Origin: Lama glama
Taxonomy: Eukaryota
Reading direction: 5' to 3'
Assembly (NCBI GenBank): GCA_028534125.1
Contig: CM052844.1
Span: 4,464,001 to 4,528,000, forward strand
Length of the DNA stretch: 64,000 nucleotides
The stretch's first letter is position 1. The number at the start of each line of letters is the position of its first letter. A program made the translations under genes and the position numbers. The notes below the pieces were generated by a model that was given only the letters and a program-made list of their open reading frames with translations, ran no database searches and was not told where the DNA came from. Shown here piece by piece: positions 36,468 to 50,718 of this stretch.

Positions 36468-36635
36468 TAGCTTTGTGACCTTGGGTAAGTCACTCAACAT
36501 CTTTGTGCCCCAAGCTGCTTATCTATAAAACAGGGATAAAACAGTGCCTGCCTTGTAGGGCTCTTATGACAATTAAGTTGACATTTTGAAATGCTTAGAA
36601 GAGTGGCTGACACATGGTATGCAACATGTATTTGT
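36468..36635 (+). mobile_element. MIR SINE
   Basis: tagctttgtgaccttgggtaagtcactcaacatctttgtgcc...atctataaaacagggataa. Confidence 0.85.
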
Positions 36636-37129
36636 GGGTTTGGAAAACTGGCAAGGACTTCACAGAGGAGCTGATGGTAGAAAGAGCAGGAAAGGGTACA
36701 GGGCCCAACATGCAATCCTGAATCACGGGGGTCGCAGCTTGAGCTCAGCTTAGAGGCAGGAACGGGGGGAGCTTGTTGTGGACCCTAATTAAACCAGTCC
36801 GCCTGCCGTGGATGGTCCCAACAGGAAACTCCAGAAGAGGAAATGGTTACCGACAAAGCAAATCTGGATTCTTCGGCTAAAACACCACATTCAAGGTAGC
36901 TTAGAACCTCCATGGTATGTATTTCAAAAAGATGTATATGGTTAAACAAGCTTGAAGTGCAGTATTAAATAAGACCAACAGGTATCTTTAAAGCAGGAGT
37001 TCCTTTAATCTACGATGTGCTGCCAACAGGACGCCATATGCAACAGCTGCCCAAATGGGCACCAGAACCCTCTCACTCAGGAGCATCTCCCAGGAAAACT
37101 GTCCTAGGTGCACCCTTCTGCAAATGCCA

Positions 37130-37606
37130 GTTGTATGAACTGTGTTTTCTGAATTCTGGCATCTGGGCCCTCACTGACCCCGGGGGAGACTGCCCCTCCC
37201 AGGGCTAGCCAGTCCTCAAAGATAGCAAACTACACCCCTGGGCCTCACCTTTCCTATGCAAACTAACCAAGCCAGAGCCCGCAAACCCACCACCACTTCT
37301 GTGTGGCCCTTACACTCCAGGAGGCAATATTCCCCTGCCCTAATCACCCCAGGGTCAGCGTCTGCACCCCAGAGCCCACTGAAGTGATTAGCACGGGCTG
37401 GTTCTAAGTCCTGAGGAGACCACGATAGAGGCCTCTGGGGGCTCTCCCAGCTCCCTCCGCCTCCTGACCCTCCCTGGGCTCCCCGTGTGGCCCAGCTTGT
37501 GCCCTCCTCTTGGGAGCTGTGAGGAACAAACTATCATTTCAGTAACAATTGCTGATCTGTGGGTTTCACCATGCCCAAATAATAATAAGACCTGCATTTT
37601 AAAACA
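37130..37606 (+). mobile_element. MER74-type ERVL LTR
   Basis: gactgcccctcccagggctagccagtcctcaaagatagcaaac...tatgcaaactaaccaa...ttttaaaaca. Confidence 0.8.
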
Positions 37607-38064
37607 TCAGTGTTGGCAATGAAGAAGCTTTTAAAGACTTTTAAGCAGAAGAGTACCACAATTCTGTTTTTAAAGTGTTCCTATTAACCTTCACTTCTAT
37701 ACCCTATGTTAAACTCCCAGAGCATCATTAGAGCCCTGGGAAGCCCAAAAATTACCTAAACATTTCATTGAGAGATACAGAAGGGTCTGAAGGGCCTGAG
37801 CCCCTACCCATCTAGAAGTCCTGATAAACTGACTTGATGAGTCTTTGGGAGCACCGAGCATCTCAAGGAGGTCCATCGCCTTAACCCAGCCTGGATACCC
37901 AGGAATATGGACCAAACCCCACAGTTACAGGAAAGGTGATGGAAAGTCGGCCAGCTGCAGCTTCTTCACTGTGTTTAGATAATTCGAGAGGTCTATGGCC
38001 ACCAAGATCTGAGATTCACCCAAACTTTTCAGTTGGCAGCGCACAAGAACTGGGTAGCGGGTCC

Positions 38065-38170
38065 CATCTCTAAATGCTTTGGCCTCACCTTTTTTCATCT
38101 GCAGTATTAAGGAGGTTGAATCAGTAACTTTGCGAAGCACCTTTCAGCTCTGAAATTCTATGGTTCTGAA
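38065..38170 (+). mobile_element. MIR3 SINE fragment
   Basis: gcctcacctttttcatctgcagt...cctttcagctctgaaattctatggttct. Confidence 0.7.
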
Positions 38171-40739
38171 TTACTCTCCAGAGCTACTAATTCCAGCAAA
38201 GTTTATAATCCGGCAAAACTGCTCTAAGTCACATATCTGATTGATGTAAACTTTTTCTATCTCTATGTGCTTATTTTTTTCTTTTCTACACCCTGCCAGT
38301 TCTCCAAAGTGCACATCTCTTTTGTTAGTTACAATTGCCTCTACTATGTATTGTGAGCCAAATAAAATAAATATTTTACTTTAGCAAAGGAAATGCACTT
38401 TTTTCCTAGCTCGGTGCCAACCTTCATTCCACACCTTGCCCCATCATGCAGTCAACTGTGAGCTTTATCTGCACTTGGAAAAGACATTAGGGAATTAATG
38501 ACTCATCGCCCCATCAGAGCCCTTCTGGGTCAGGAGGACACAGGCTGCATCCCCTCCCCTCAAGAGAGCACTTGGCAGAACTCTGAATGGGAACGGCAGT
38601 GACCTTTGCTTGAAAGTAAGGAAATGAATCATAGGGTTTGACCAAGACTTACTAGTTCTGTCTCCAAATGAAGAAACAGTTTTAAAACTGATGGCTTCCT
38701 GATAAGAAAATTGGAGCAAAGAAGACAGAAATGCATTAGCCTGGTATCTTCTGAAAGGAGAGCTTTGCAACTCGATAGAAGGTGCCTTCATCTCAGCTGG
38801 AATCTCAAGTAAAATGTCAGGTTTGGAACAGGTGATATTTCAAATTAGTATCTTCTTTAGTCATTAAATACTGAGTCCCTCGACCATGGTTTTGTTGTCA
38901 GTAAGGAAAACAGATACCCAGGTGTCACAAAGCTACCAAAGAAGTACAAGCCCTGTTCAAAGAAGAATTTGTGGAAAGAGAAAAAAAAATGCCCTAAAGT
39001 CAGGACCGTTAATCTTGCCTAAACAAACCAAAATTGGAGGGCATGGCTGCACAATTGGAAGGAGAAGGAAAAGCAAAGAAAAAGATGATTGACGTTTAGC
39101 TTGGCCAATGGGTTGTTAGTCATGAGAAAGAAAGTCAAAAGTAATAACAAAGAAGAAGAGATTGGCTCCATCGCTCAGCAGTGTGGAGAAGCAGGTAGAA
39201 AGAGCCGTGAACATTAGGATGTAGACCGTGCATTTCCTGTGTTCTAGACATTTGAGTGCCGTAAAAATTGCCTCAGTGGAAGTGTTCAAATGCCGCAGTC
39301 TAACAATGTAATTATTGTCACCGTCCTGTAGGGAAAACAAATAAATATGTATTTAAAGATCAGCTACTTATGACTGAACTAATGATTTAGTGTCTACAGA
39401 GTAATTCTTGCTTTTAAGACATTTGCTATCAAGTGAAAGAAGCAGCTAATGACAACCCATGATCATAACAGTGCTGTTGCAGAAGTATCAATAAAGAGTG
39501 GAAAAATATTCTTACCAAGGACCTTATGCCGAAGATGAAATTTAACCTCAGCTTTAAAGGATGGATACAATTTTGATAGGCAGATGGAGAGGAAATTCAT
39601 TCTGGGAGGACGGAACTGAGAGAGCAAAAGCGTCCCTTAAAATGGTTTACAAAACTCTTCCAAATACGGTCCCCACTTAAGTGTCCTGCTCATAATTATT
39701 TAGGTGGTATCTTTAGTGGGGGCATAACCTTGAATACACTCATTGCATCCTTACGTCCTCTTTAGCCAGCTTCATGGTTGAGAGAACTTATTGGCACTTC
39801 AGACAGATGTGTCACCACTTAGATTCCAGCATCTCAACCCACCTCCCAGCCCTCCGGGAAACTAGATGCCATCGTGTGGAGTGTTTGCTTTATTGGTCAA
39901 GGGAAATTAGCTCTTCAATTTCAAGCTTGAGGGTCCTGACCAGAGTTGTGTTTTAGAAGACAGATTGCCCCATGCAGCACTACCTGGATGAGCAATCATA
40001 GAGGTGAGTGAGGCAGACACAGCCTCACAGACTCAGCTCAGGCTCGCAGCCTGCATCCCGGCAACACCCCTGACCTCTCGGGAGCTGTTCTTGAGGCAAA
40101 TCTCACGTACGAATTAACCACTGACGTCGTTCTAGTAAAACATGATCATTTCTAGCAAAATACGAAAATAATGTCAGGGCAGATTTCTGAGATCGTTCTC
40201 TTCAACTGGAATGCCAATACCTCCATGTCCTCTGCATTTTTAATGTTCTCTTATTTTTTTCAAAAGTTCCCAAATAATATGCTTTTCAACACATATTAGA
40301 AAAGTTTTAAAGATACACTCTGTTAAGTGTGGCTGTACCTGGAGGGAAAGATTATGGTGGCATAGTTCCATTTTTTAATTTACTATATTTTGGAATTGTT
40401 TGAATTCCTTACAGAGCAAATATATGTTTCAGAGTTTATATGTATAATATATATACATATAAGTACATACATGTAATATACACTAATATATACTCTAAAA
40501 AAAAATATATATATATATATATATAGTAACCTTCACAGATTGAGAACTTCCTAATCTGTTGTAAGGCAATCTCTCTGAACACCTCTGGGTGAATGTGTGT
40601 TACGTGTACATTTTTGCCTACACCGTGACACCAGGCACTTAGAAATGGTCGATAAATACTGGTTGAATAAAATTATCAAGAAGGAAGCAACACCTGTCTC
40701 TCGGCGCCATTGTCTGAAGGCCTGCCCTCACAGCCTTCT

Positions 40740-41700
40740 CATCCCGACGTGGCTGAATTCTGCCCGAAGTGAACGGGAAGCGGGGGAAGGAGAAACACCG
40801 GAATGGGAACCTCAGAGGAGCGAGGGGGCCCCACCCGACCGCGCAGCCACGCCGCGCTGAGTAAGTCTGCAAGGTTGTGCCTGTCACGGCCTCTCGGATG
40901 CTGTTGCTCTTGTGTTGCTGGCTCAGTCTGGGTGCAGACCTGCGCCCTCCCGCCTGCTGCTGCCGCGGTGCCCCCAGCTGCCCCGCCGGGTCCCCCATCG
41001 CCTCTGCGGCGGCGCTTGGAGCCCTCGCCTCCCGGACTGTGAAGCACGGCGGTGCCCCTGGCCCGCGGCCGTGCGCGGCCTCGTCCCGCGCAGTTCCAGG
41101 GACCCCCGCCCCCGCCCGCTTCCCGCCGCCCCCGGGGAGACGGTCACTGGGGGGGGGGGGGCGCGTGCTCAGCAGGACTGAGTCCCCGCCGTCCTCGTCA
41201 TCGGAAAGTTCACCTCCTAAGCCTGGCTGCTTTTTAAGGAGTTGGCTGAGTACTAGCTAGCGCGCTATTTTTGTTCAAAACTTGGGCTCAAAAGTAAAAT
41301 TATGTCAAGAGGAAAAGAAGTGCTGAATGTGCTTTCTGGAGAGTCTGAGATGAAGGGTCCCTGCAGCCCTGCGGCGGTGCGGGGGCCGGCGGCGAGCTGG
41401 CACCGGCAGGGCCCGGGTCGTGCTCCTGGGGCGCAAACCAGCCCCCGGGCGTTGGGCAGCGGCTCCCGCGCGCCCCTGACGTGGAGGGGAGCCCGCCCCG
41501 GCCGCGCCCGGAGCCGCGGCCCAGGCCAGCAGAACCGGAGAGCACCCAGAGGAGAGTGCGCGGAAGGCTCACGCCGGCGTCGGGGCTCTGCGTCGTCCCT
41601 CGGCTCCCGATCAGCAAGTCAACCCGGCACGGAAGCCAAAACGCCCGGAGCCCGTGGGCATGAGCAGCCAAGAGGGAAAAAGCCCCAAGTGCCCAGAACT
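40740..41700. promoter_or_regulatory. CpG island, probable promoter
   Basis: ~1 kb of very high GC and CpG density with GC boxes and a G run at ~41149-41161. Central AT-richer core has TATA-like CCTTAAAAA (minus, 41239-41231) and MEF2-like CTATTTTTG (41265). Confidence 0.75.
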
Positions 41701-42404
41701 CCTGAGAAAGTGGTATCATGAATTACTCACCAACGGAATTTCCTAGTGTCCACAGAGCCTCCTTACCCACCTGCCCTTGACAAACCCCAAATTCTACATT
41801 AAAACGTATGCTTAGGACCTAGTCAGTGTTTGTATCTTTCTAGGTGGCAGTTTAAAGTTTTAAAATCTGAGCCAAGAGATGGGCTGAAACTAAGCTGGGG
41901 GCTGAAGGAGACTGAGGGTGGACGTGAGGATCCTGAAACACTGAAACAGAAGCCCAGATGCCAGCGTCCATCCAGACAGCACCCCTGGTCTGAGCACGGT
42001 CCCAAGGCCTGAAGGTCTTGTGTGTCAAGGCCCTCGGGGTGCTGGTCTGGGAAACCACCCCCAGATCTGGAAGAACATGAAGCAGGGATACGAAAGGTAG
42101 AAAAAGGATGGGAGGGGGTGAGACTGGAAGCAGGAGGGGCGGTTAGAGGCTGCTGCAGTAAGCCTGGTCAGAAGCAGCGGCAGCCTGGACTCCCCGATGA
42201 CATAGAGAGACGTGGGCAAACTCAAGCAATAGATATGTGGGAGGAAGAATCATTGAAAAGACCATTTCTATGATCAGGAAGAGAAACTCAAGCTGTCTAT
42301 AGTTGGAACACTTCTTAAGATCAAGATGGTAAGTATGGTAGTTAAAACTGATGAGTACTTACACTCTTCATCTGTGTAGCAGGGCAAGGGGAGTTAGCAA
42401 TGAA

Positions 42405-42530
42405 GGAGTTCAGAGTGTTCGTTCAGGTCTTAGCTCTTGCCACTAGCTGTGTGACCTTGGAAGAGTTCTTAACCTCTCTGTGCCTCAGTTTCATTGACAG
42501 TTTTATAAGAATAAATTGAGTTAGTATATA
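42405..42530 (+). mobile_element. MIR SINE
   Basis: ctagctgtgtgaccttggaagagttcttaacctctctgtgcctcagtttc. Confidence 0.85.
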
Positions 42531-45500
42531 TCCCTGATCTCACACACTTTTGTGTCTAGTCATCTAGCACATTCTTTCTCTGACCTTAAGACTCAGCAAC
42601 TCATTCTGAGAAAGCAGATATGCCAGACCATCGATACTACATTATGCTGTAACTGTTGGTTTTTAATCTGTGTTATCCCCGGGGCGTAGGTCAGATCCTG
42701 GTACATCCTAAGAACTCAATGGTGACACAGCTGGAGGTCAGTGCAACGGCCTCTCCCAGCCACGCCCCAGCCTTGCCTCTGCCTGCCTCGCAGACCCTGG
42801 CCGTCACTGGTGGGAGCCTGTGTCTCTAATTACCACTCGAGAAGGGACAATTTAGACTATGACCACATGGACAGGGCTTTAACCTTGTAAAGTTTATTCA
42901 ATGACATTGGTATGATTTGCTTAGTATTTGTACTTTGTTGCTTCAGCAGGAGGGTCCATCTCTTCATCACTTTCAAATGTTTCCAAGAATACTGTTCCCA
43001 GGCCCAGCCCTCCTGCAGGTGTTCTGTTTCCAAACAGGTCAGGGAACAATGCAAACTCCGGAAGGCTGGGGTGCTCTTCGCCTCCGAGGCTCCCTGCCTC
43101 TCCTATCCAAGCCTTGTTACCCCAGTGATATTGGAAGCATCCCGCCACACAGTTAATAAATGAAGATATTTCAGGTATTTCTCCCTAGAGACAAATGATA
43201 ATATAAAACATAATCCACTGCATTTAAAATTTGGTTTTGAGTGCATTCTAGATGATCGTGAAACCTAATGTGTCTGTTCTTTTTTATTGAATTCAATGAT
43301 GGTGAGTGAGAAGCTTTGGGTTACTTTCTCACTCAGACTTTCCACCTTTTCCTTATAAATAAGGACATTTCTGGGCCCAGGCGGGGACCACTTCCCCACC
43401 CCTCACACTATAAGGGGGTCAGTAAGTCGTAGATCCCTCCATTCTTCTCTGTCATCTTACAGGGACATGGTCGCTAAACCTACCAGCAGTGTTTCACTGA
43501 TAGCTTTTCTTCAGAGAAAACTGGTTTTCGTCACAATTTTTTGACTGTGCTGTTCTCCAATGACTAAGAGTCCAGAAAAAAATGAAGAGGGATATCAAAA
43601 TGCATAACTGGGATCAAAGACTAACGTAAAGCATTACATGGGTGTAAGCTAGGCAAACATTAACGAGGTAGGAGAGGCGGCCGCTTAGATGCGAGTAATT
43701 AAAGGATGAAGTCATCCAGGATTGAGGAGCTGTAAACACGGACAAATCTCCAGAAACAAAGTAAAACTGAGATTCAAATACAGATTAGTATTGTAATGAT
43801 GAAGCTGATAGCATTATCAAACAGAATCTAGAAACAGATTGGAAGATCAAGTCAAGTTTACAGCTAGAATGAAGAAATGATTTGCTAATAAGACTTTAAT
43901 GTAATTTACCATATTAAGGTTCCCCCAAGGGTAACGCCACATCTCGGGGAAGGTTCGTTCTGGACCCTGGCTAACTGGGCCTCTGACCTGACTTCATCCC
44001 AGCTTCCCAAAAACATCCCCCCAAAGACCCCTCCCAAGTTTTAAGTGCCCTGAAGCAGCTGCACATCACGACTCAGCTCTAAGCCAGCCGAAGCTGAGCT
44101 GAGAAACACAAAAGCCCGACAGAACAGAAGTCTCCGGGGCAGAAAGCAGAGAGAGCTGGGTCCAAAGAGACTTCTTCCCACGACATCGTGATGCTTGGTA
44201 AGGTCAGGATTCTCCTTGGCACTCTCCACAGGCGCAGCGCCAGTGCCTCCGGGCTGGTGTTTGTCAGGCCCACTCCTTTTGGAGTAAGTAACTGAGGCAG
44301 CAGTAAGGCAAGGAGAGACAAAGTCGTTTCCTAGAGGAGTCCCCAGGAAACGTGTTCAAGGTCAGTGCCGGGTCTGTTTGGAAAAAAGGGATCTCAAAAC
44401 TGTGATGGAACATTTAGATAATGAGCGTGCCATGAAACACAGCGCGCCTCGAAAGGTGAATGCACATGCTGCACATTCAGCTAATTTTCACAAATGACAT
44501 TAGTCTGAAAACCGCAGACTTTTGAGCAGCCTTGTGATAATACTCGCTCTTCCTTACGTTTACCGCTGCACTGGCCAGGTAATGAGCCTTCATCCTGTGC
44601 TTCCTTACGGGTGAGGTGACCTCACGAAACAGGCCATGGGGCTGCACACCGGGACAAACCGGTGGGAATACTCAGGTGTTTGCATGTTTCAGTCTATCTT
44701 TGGTTGAGGAATAAAAATCAGGACTAAGCCTTTATCCTTTCAACTCTTCTTCTAAGCACAATTTTCCCACCTGTCAGCATCCTGTGTACACGAAGCCGGG
44801 TAAACTGAACTAACTCTAATTTCCCTGGATTATACGAGTTATGTCAGACACTTAATTTTACCATCATAATCATCAAACTTTATAGCAGGGAGGTGGAAAG
44901 GATATAAAATAAAATGCTTGTTTCCCTGTTGTCCACTGAATTGTTTGGGAGAGAAGGTAGATGTTCTGAACATACATGAGGAGGAAGGAAATTTTATACC
45001 AGGAAGAATGTAAATTATCACCTACTTTTTAAATCACTTTCAATGTCTATCTTAACTAAGTATTGACTACTGCTTAAATGAATGTTCCAGGGGTTTAAGA
45101 GATGCGGGCATACTGCTTCTGTTAAACACTGCTTGCTACGATAGCCATGACCCCCATACCTGCCTGGGGCTGTGCTGCTATTGTGCGCTTACACGTGGTC
45201 ACAAGATTTTGATGACTATCTCTGAAGGAAAGTACATCAGAAGAAGACAGAAATTGGGTACATGTGTATATAGATTAAATATTAAAAGGCACAGAATTGA
45301 GCTGGTAAAAGTTATGGGTAAATAAAGGAAAAAATGTGGAAAGGGCGAAAAGAAGGGAGAAAGAAATAATTTAAGGTGCACAAAGAAGAGAAAGTGATTT
45401 AGGGCAATAAGCAAGGCTTCATGCTAAATGGAAAGAGAGAGAGGGAAGATGCAATGGGAAGGAGCAACGGCAACGCTCAGAATGCAAGCAGCACAGAGGA

Positions 45501-45745
45501 GAGAGAGAAAAGAGACCAAAACATAAAGCCAAGACGACCAGAGGGGGATGTGCTGGCGCTCCACCCAGGTCGCCCTTCATGGCCCGTAATTGTTGGCAAC
45601 CGTCTGAGGGTTGCCCTCAACCCTGACAGCCACCTCCCCTGAAAATGACCAGGAGGTCACGCCCCACCCCAGCGGGACCCTGCAGCCAGGGACTGACTGG
45701 GAAGCTCTAAAGGCCAGCCCTCTTTGCTGGCATCCATGCCAAGGG

Positions 45746-46520
45746 CAATGCTGTCCAATAGAAATGGAATGAGAACCACATGTGTAATTGTAAATTTTCT
45801 GGAGTCACACTTCAAAAAGTAACAGCATAAAGAGTCCACACATAGGTATGGCCAATTGATTTTTGGTAAAGGTACCAGGCAACTTGATGGCTAAAGGACA
45901 GTCTTTTTAACTAATGACATTGGTACAGCTGACCAGAGCTTTATTTGTAACAGACCCAAATTGGAAACCACCCAAGCGCCTTTCCGTGGGTAAGTGACTG
46001 AACAAACCACGGTGCATCCACACCATGGAAAACCACTCAGCAGCAAGAAGGAATGAACCTTCCCTGGATGAGTCTCCAGGGAATCGTGTCGATGAAGAGA
46101 GCAGAGCCCAAAACCTACTTCCTGATAGAGTCCATTTCTATGACATTCTTGAAACAACAAAATTATAGAAACGGGGAACAGATTAGTTGGCGCCAGGGTT
46201 AGGGACGGAGGGAGAGGATGGGTGTGTCTTTAAAGGGATAACAGGTGGGGACCTTGCAACAGCACAGCTTAGGGTCTTGACTGTGGCGGCAGTTATGTGG
46301 TAAAACTGCACAGACGTGCACACACACACAAATGAGTGTGTACGTGACGGCGGACTCGGGATAAATCTACACCCTGTGCCAAAGGCAGTTTCCTGGTGCA
46401 GACACGCACTGTTGTTCTGTAAAACGTTCGTGTCGGGGAAGGGCACACAGGGCCTCCCTCTGTATTTCTTTACAATTCCCTGTGAGTCTATAATTTTTTC
46501 AAATTTAAGAGTTATACAAA
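45746..46520 (+). mobile_element. MER33-like fragment (45746-45822) followed by L1MC/MD 3' fragments
   Basis: caatgctgtccaatagaaat; ggccaattgatttttggtaaagg; tccatttctatgacattcttgaaacaacaaaattatagaaac. Confidence 0.75.
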
Positions 46521-49043
46521 TAAAAGCATTTAAATACAAGGCTTTTCTGGACAGTATCATAAATTAATCATTTCAAGCACACCTTTAAGTATTCAACAGA
46601 CACGATTCCCTGTGGCATTCCTTTTTCTATGAATTCAAATTCTGTGCACATAAAATTCAAGGTGACCTTTCGCCACAGGGAAAAGGACATTCGCACGCAT
46701 TTTTATGAAGTTTACAAGGCTGACAAATATCTTCCATATTCTAACACCACGTATTATTTTTTCAGACAACAAATGGTATTCAGAACTGCAATGATAATGA
46801 GCTATTCATACAAAGGAAACTGATAGCGGAAACCAGACCACAGCCAGAAAATTAACAGCTCACATTTTCAGTGGGAAGACCTACCTGAGTGGGTGGGTCA
46901 CCTTTTTTATGTCTATTACACAAGATCTGTATTCACTTCTAGTAAGTTCACTTATCCTAACTGGTAGAATTTTAAGTACTAAAGGAAACTTTGATCACCT
47001 ACTTGCCCAATGAGATTTAACACCATATTTTTAAACTGCCGTTAAGTCCAACTGTGCAGTGCCGATGAGAGGCTATTTAGACAGATTAAAGGATCAGAAT
47101 AGAAAGCCCCAAAATAGACTCAAGTGCTACATGAGCGCACAGGAGACGATAAAAGTGGCACTTTGTATCTCCCGAGGTTCACGTAGGAAACGGTGTTGGG
47201 ACAAGTTTACCATTAAGAAATAAAAAGAAGCAAAATTTTTTAATGAAAAAGGTAGCTCTCCCCTACCCATCCTGCCAGCGTTGGGCTCTGCTCAAGTGGA
47301 GAAAGCAGGTTCGAGGCCAGCCAGGAACCATATTAACACAAGGGCTCATGGTTTGGGCATTTTTAAGAGAAATCTGCATTTTTATAGGAAATCTCCCAAC
47401 TTTTAGTTGTTGGCAACCATTTCAAACGTTTTTAAAATAGTGTGTGAACCAAGCTGTATTAGTTTCTTAACCTTAACTTGAATGCATCTGCAAAGATCGC
47501 ATCTCGAAATCAGGTCATGTTCACAGTCAGAACTTGAACTGTAAATCATTGTTTTTTTTTTTTCTGTATTTTCATGGGTTAGTTTTGAACTTAATGACAG
47601 AGAATGCGTTAGTGCTTTTTAAAAGGGGAAATATGTCATCTAAATCCTCTCTTTAACATTGGAGGAAACCACCATTCCAATACTCACTCTATCTCAAAAT
47701 TATAGAATCACTAGAAATGATGGAATTTGGGGCCCAGGAAGCTCACACATTTGGGGAACTGATCCTCTCTGACCAGCGACTCACATAAAGTCACTGCACG
47801 TAGACTGGTATGACTAGGAGCCGGTCCCGGGGAACAGGTGAATCCTTCTCCTGAAGAACCGAAGTCAGTTTTGCAATAGCGACTGTGTATTTTCACTGGG
47901 TCCACAAAAGCCACGAGGCTTTTGCTTTAGAGGCAGGACAATGCTTGTCTCTCCCAAGGGAGAGCGAATGCTACTTTGGCAAGGATTATGGGAATAAAGC
48001 ATGTTGATTGTTAGGAGCCAGAAAAAAAAATCAATAAAAAGAACAGGGTAAGAGAGGTTGAGTACACAGCAAAGAAGATGTTGCTAATGAAAAGTCTCAA
48101 AAATTAAATATAGTTAAAAAAAAGTCCGGGGTAAGTGGACCAATTAGTGAACCATCTTTTTAGGTCAGCCAGTCAGTTTTAATGGATGAGCTGAGAATGA
48201 GTTTGACAAGCAAACCGAAGAGAGAAAGAATGACAAAGAAGGAAAAGCAACAAAAGCAGCAGATTTTCCCCCAGAATACAATGTCTGCATACTGCCAAAT
48301 TTACAGAATAACACAGTAAATATTAGTTTGACTTCAACCCAAAATTGGATAGATTACTTGTGCTGATGCAGATACTAATGTAATAAATACAATGAAAGCT
48401 CACATAATTAGGGATACCAGATTCACATTCGTGGATCATGCATCATAAAAGTGCTTCATTGTTAACAGAACCCAAGTTTCCCAGAAAATAATGTCCAAGT
48501 TCCTTCTGCATTCGTGACAAAATCCGAGTTATATGTATTAAGAAACCGAACGGACTTTCATTCTCCTTTTAAAAACTTGAAAATAATTTTCATTTTTATG
48601 TGTTTCTTGATGTGAATTTCCACTTAACAGAGTAAAAGAAATCATTTATTTCTCAATATACGTGAGAGAAAAAAGTGTTATCTAAAAGAAAGACAAATAA
48701 AATTTGTGAAACCAAAGGTTTTGGAAGGCATTTGTGAGAGTTAAAAAAAGGACAATACAAGAAATTGTTGAAAATAGTAAGATTCATTCAGTTCTATCCC
48801 ATAATCATTTGTCAAATGTCTCTTTCATACTAATCACTGTGCTGTGTTCAGGGAATTCAAAGATCTAAGAAGCATACGTATTAGTGGAATAGACAGACAC
48901 ATAAATAGATCATTTTGATATAATACGTGTTTATAATAGAGATATCAACTGAATTGTAAATATTCAAGTATTTCAAATCCACACACAACATCTTTCTAAT
49001 CAACTAAGAAACAAGGAAGACATACAGATATTTTTAAAATACC

Positions 49044-49536
49044 TGTGCAGGTAGAATAATGGCCCCCAAAGATGTCCACATCTTAATCCCCAGAATCTGA
49101 AAGTGCAACGTTCCCCAGCAGAGGAGAACTAAGGTAGCAGATGGAGTCAAGGATGCTGATCAGCTGACTTTCAAAAGGGGAGAGGATTCTGGGTGATCCT
49201 GTTGGGCCCAATGTAGTCGTTCTTAAAAACCCTTAAAAATGGAAGAGGAAGCCAGAAGAAAGAGTCAGAGAGCCGGTCAGAGGGAGCGGTGACCACAGAG
49301 GAAGGCCACAGGGAATTGCAAGGTTTGCTGGCTTTCAGGATGGAGGAAGGAGTCACGAGCCAGGAATGCAGGCTGGAAGGGCACAGAGACAAATTCCCCC
49401 TGGGAGCCCCCAGCAACCGGCAAGCCCAGAGAGGCCTGCGTCAGACTGCTGTTCCCCACAACTGTAAGGGAAGAAATCTGAGTTAAGACACAAAATTTGT
49501 GGTGACTTATTACAGCAGCGGCAGGAAATGAATACA
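49044..49536 (+). mobile_element. MLT1D MaLR solo LTR
   Basis: agaataatggcccccaaagatgtccac...ttattacagcagcggcaggaaatgaataca; perfect 5-bp TSD ATACC. Confidence 0.9.
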
Positions 49537-50023
49537 ATACCCGAGAGTGATGAGACACAGAGGATTCTACTCAGAATCTAAAGAAGTAAGTTTTCTGCAC
49601 TTAAACTGTCTGAGGTCATGCTGTATTCTGCTAAGTTATTCTTCACTTTCTCATTGTGAGCTTCTGGGAGAGGCTCAGAGGACAGGAACGGGCAAGGAGA
49701 CAGTCATCAGCAAGGTCCCAAGCGCCAAGCTCTGCGATGGGCGTGTTCACTTGCATTGTCTCACAGGATCCACGAAGAGCCCTGTTAGGGTGATGGCATT
49801 CCACACTTGCAGAGAGGGAGACGGAGACTCTGAGAACTAAAGGTAAAACGCTAGCACACGTCTGTCAGACTGCAAAGCCCTCGCCCAGTCACCACACCAC
49901 CCTCTTGCACACCAAATGCCAGGCTCCCCCACCCCGGGGGCCGGGGCCCGGGAAGGCAGGCATCCTGCCCAAAGGCCTGGTTTCTTGCACAGTCAGAAAG
50001 AGAGACAATTTTCTGTTCCAAAA

Positions 50024-50208
50024 CCCTATCTCATCAATTCTAAAGATTCATCTTTTTTCTTTCCTTTTTAACATCTCTGAAATTATAATGCATCTTATAT
50101 TCACAAAACCTTACAATTACATCTGGCAGCATTATTTTTTTCTTTCCCAGTGATGTGTAAAATAATGGTGTGTCTTAGACTGGAGGGTTCTTGGGGTCAG
50201 TGAGTTAG
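50024..50208. mobile_element. MER104 (TcMar-Tc2) DNA transposon
   Basis: ttttaacatctctgaaat...tggcagcatt...taaaataatggtgtgtctta. Confidence 0.7.
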
Positions 50209-50475
50209 GACAGCATGCTTCCCTAAGCTACGCGCTGAACTGCAAGCCCAGAGGCAGTGATTTCCCCACCCTTCCTCAGGAATCCATGCCAATGGTAATT
50301 ATTTTCAACATCAGGAAATATGCCTTATGCTTAACCTAAATCTCTCATGCTACAGCTGGAGTTCCTGTACTGCTGCAAAAAGAGAATGTTTTTTTCTTAG
50401 CACTTACTCTGTGCTAAGCAGCTAGGAACCTTGGAAGGACACAAAAGAAGCGGAAGATGAGGCCTCTACCCTTAA

Positions 50476-50528
50476 AAAACCCATGCAAGTGGTAAAAGCC
50501 ACGAAGAGGTAAAACCCATGCAAGAGGT
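50476..50528. repeat. 18-bp tandem repeat, 3 copies (aaaacccatgcaagaggt)
   Basis: Seen directly. Confidence 0.85.
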
Positions 50529-50718
50529 AGAACTAAATGCCATGTAAGATGGTCCAGAATTAAGGGCCTAATTGTCATAGAAACTGCACATGGAGTGACT
50601 TCTCTTGTTTCTGTTTTTGATACAGTCTCGTCATCCAGCTCGGTTCATCAAGCTTATTAAAAGCTTGTGTAAACATATTTTCAGCAGAAGGTTCCACCTG
50701 GGGCACCAAGTAACCTAG

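Noticed and set aside
40597-41721. Many overlapping Pro/Arg/Gly/Ala-rich ORFs (also at 11669-12220)
   Set aside because: Expected stop-codon depletion in GC-rich DNA; no homology recognised.
34741-50528. Short tandem repeats as CRISPR-like arrays
   Set aside because: Mammalian context, only three head-to-tail copies and no unique spacers.
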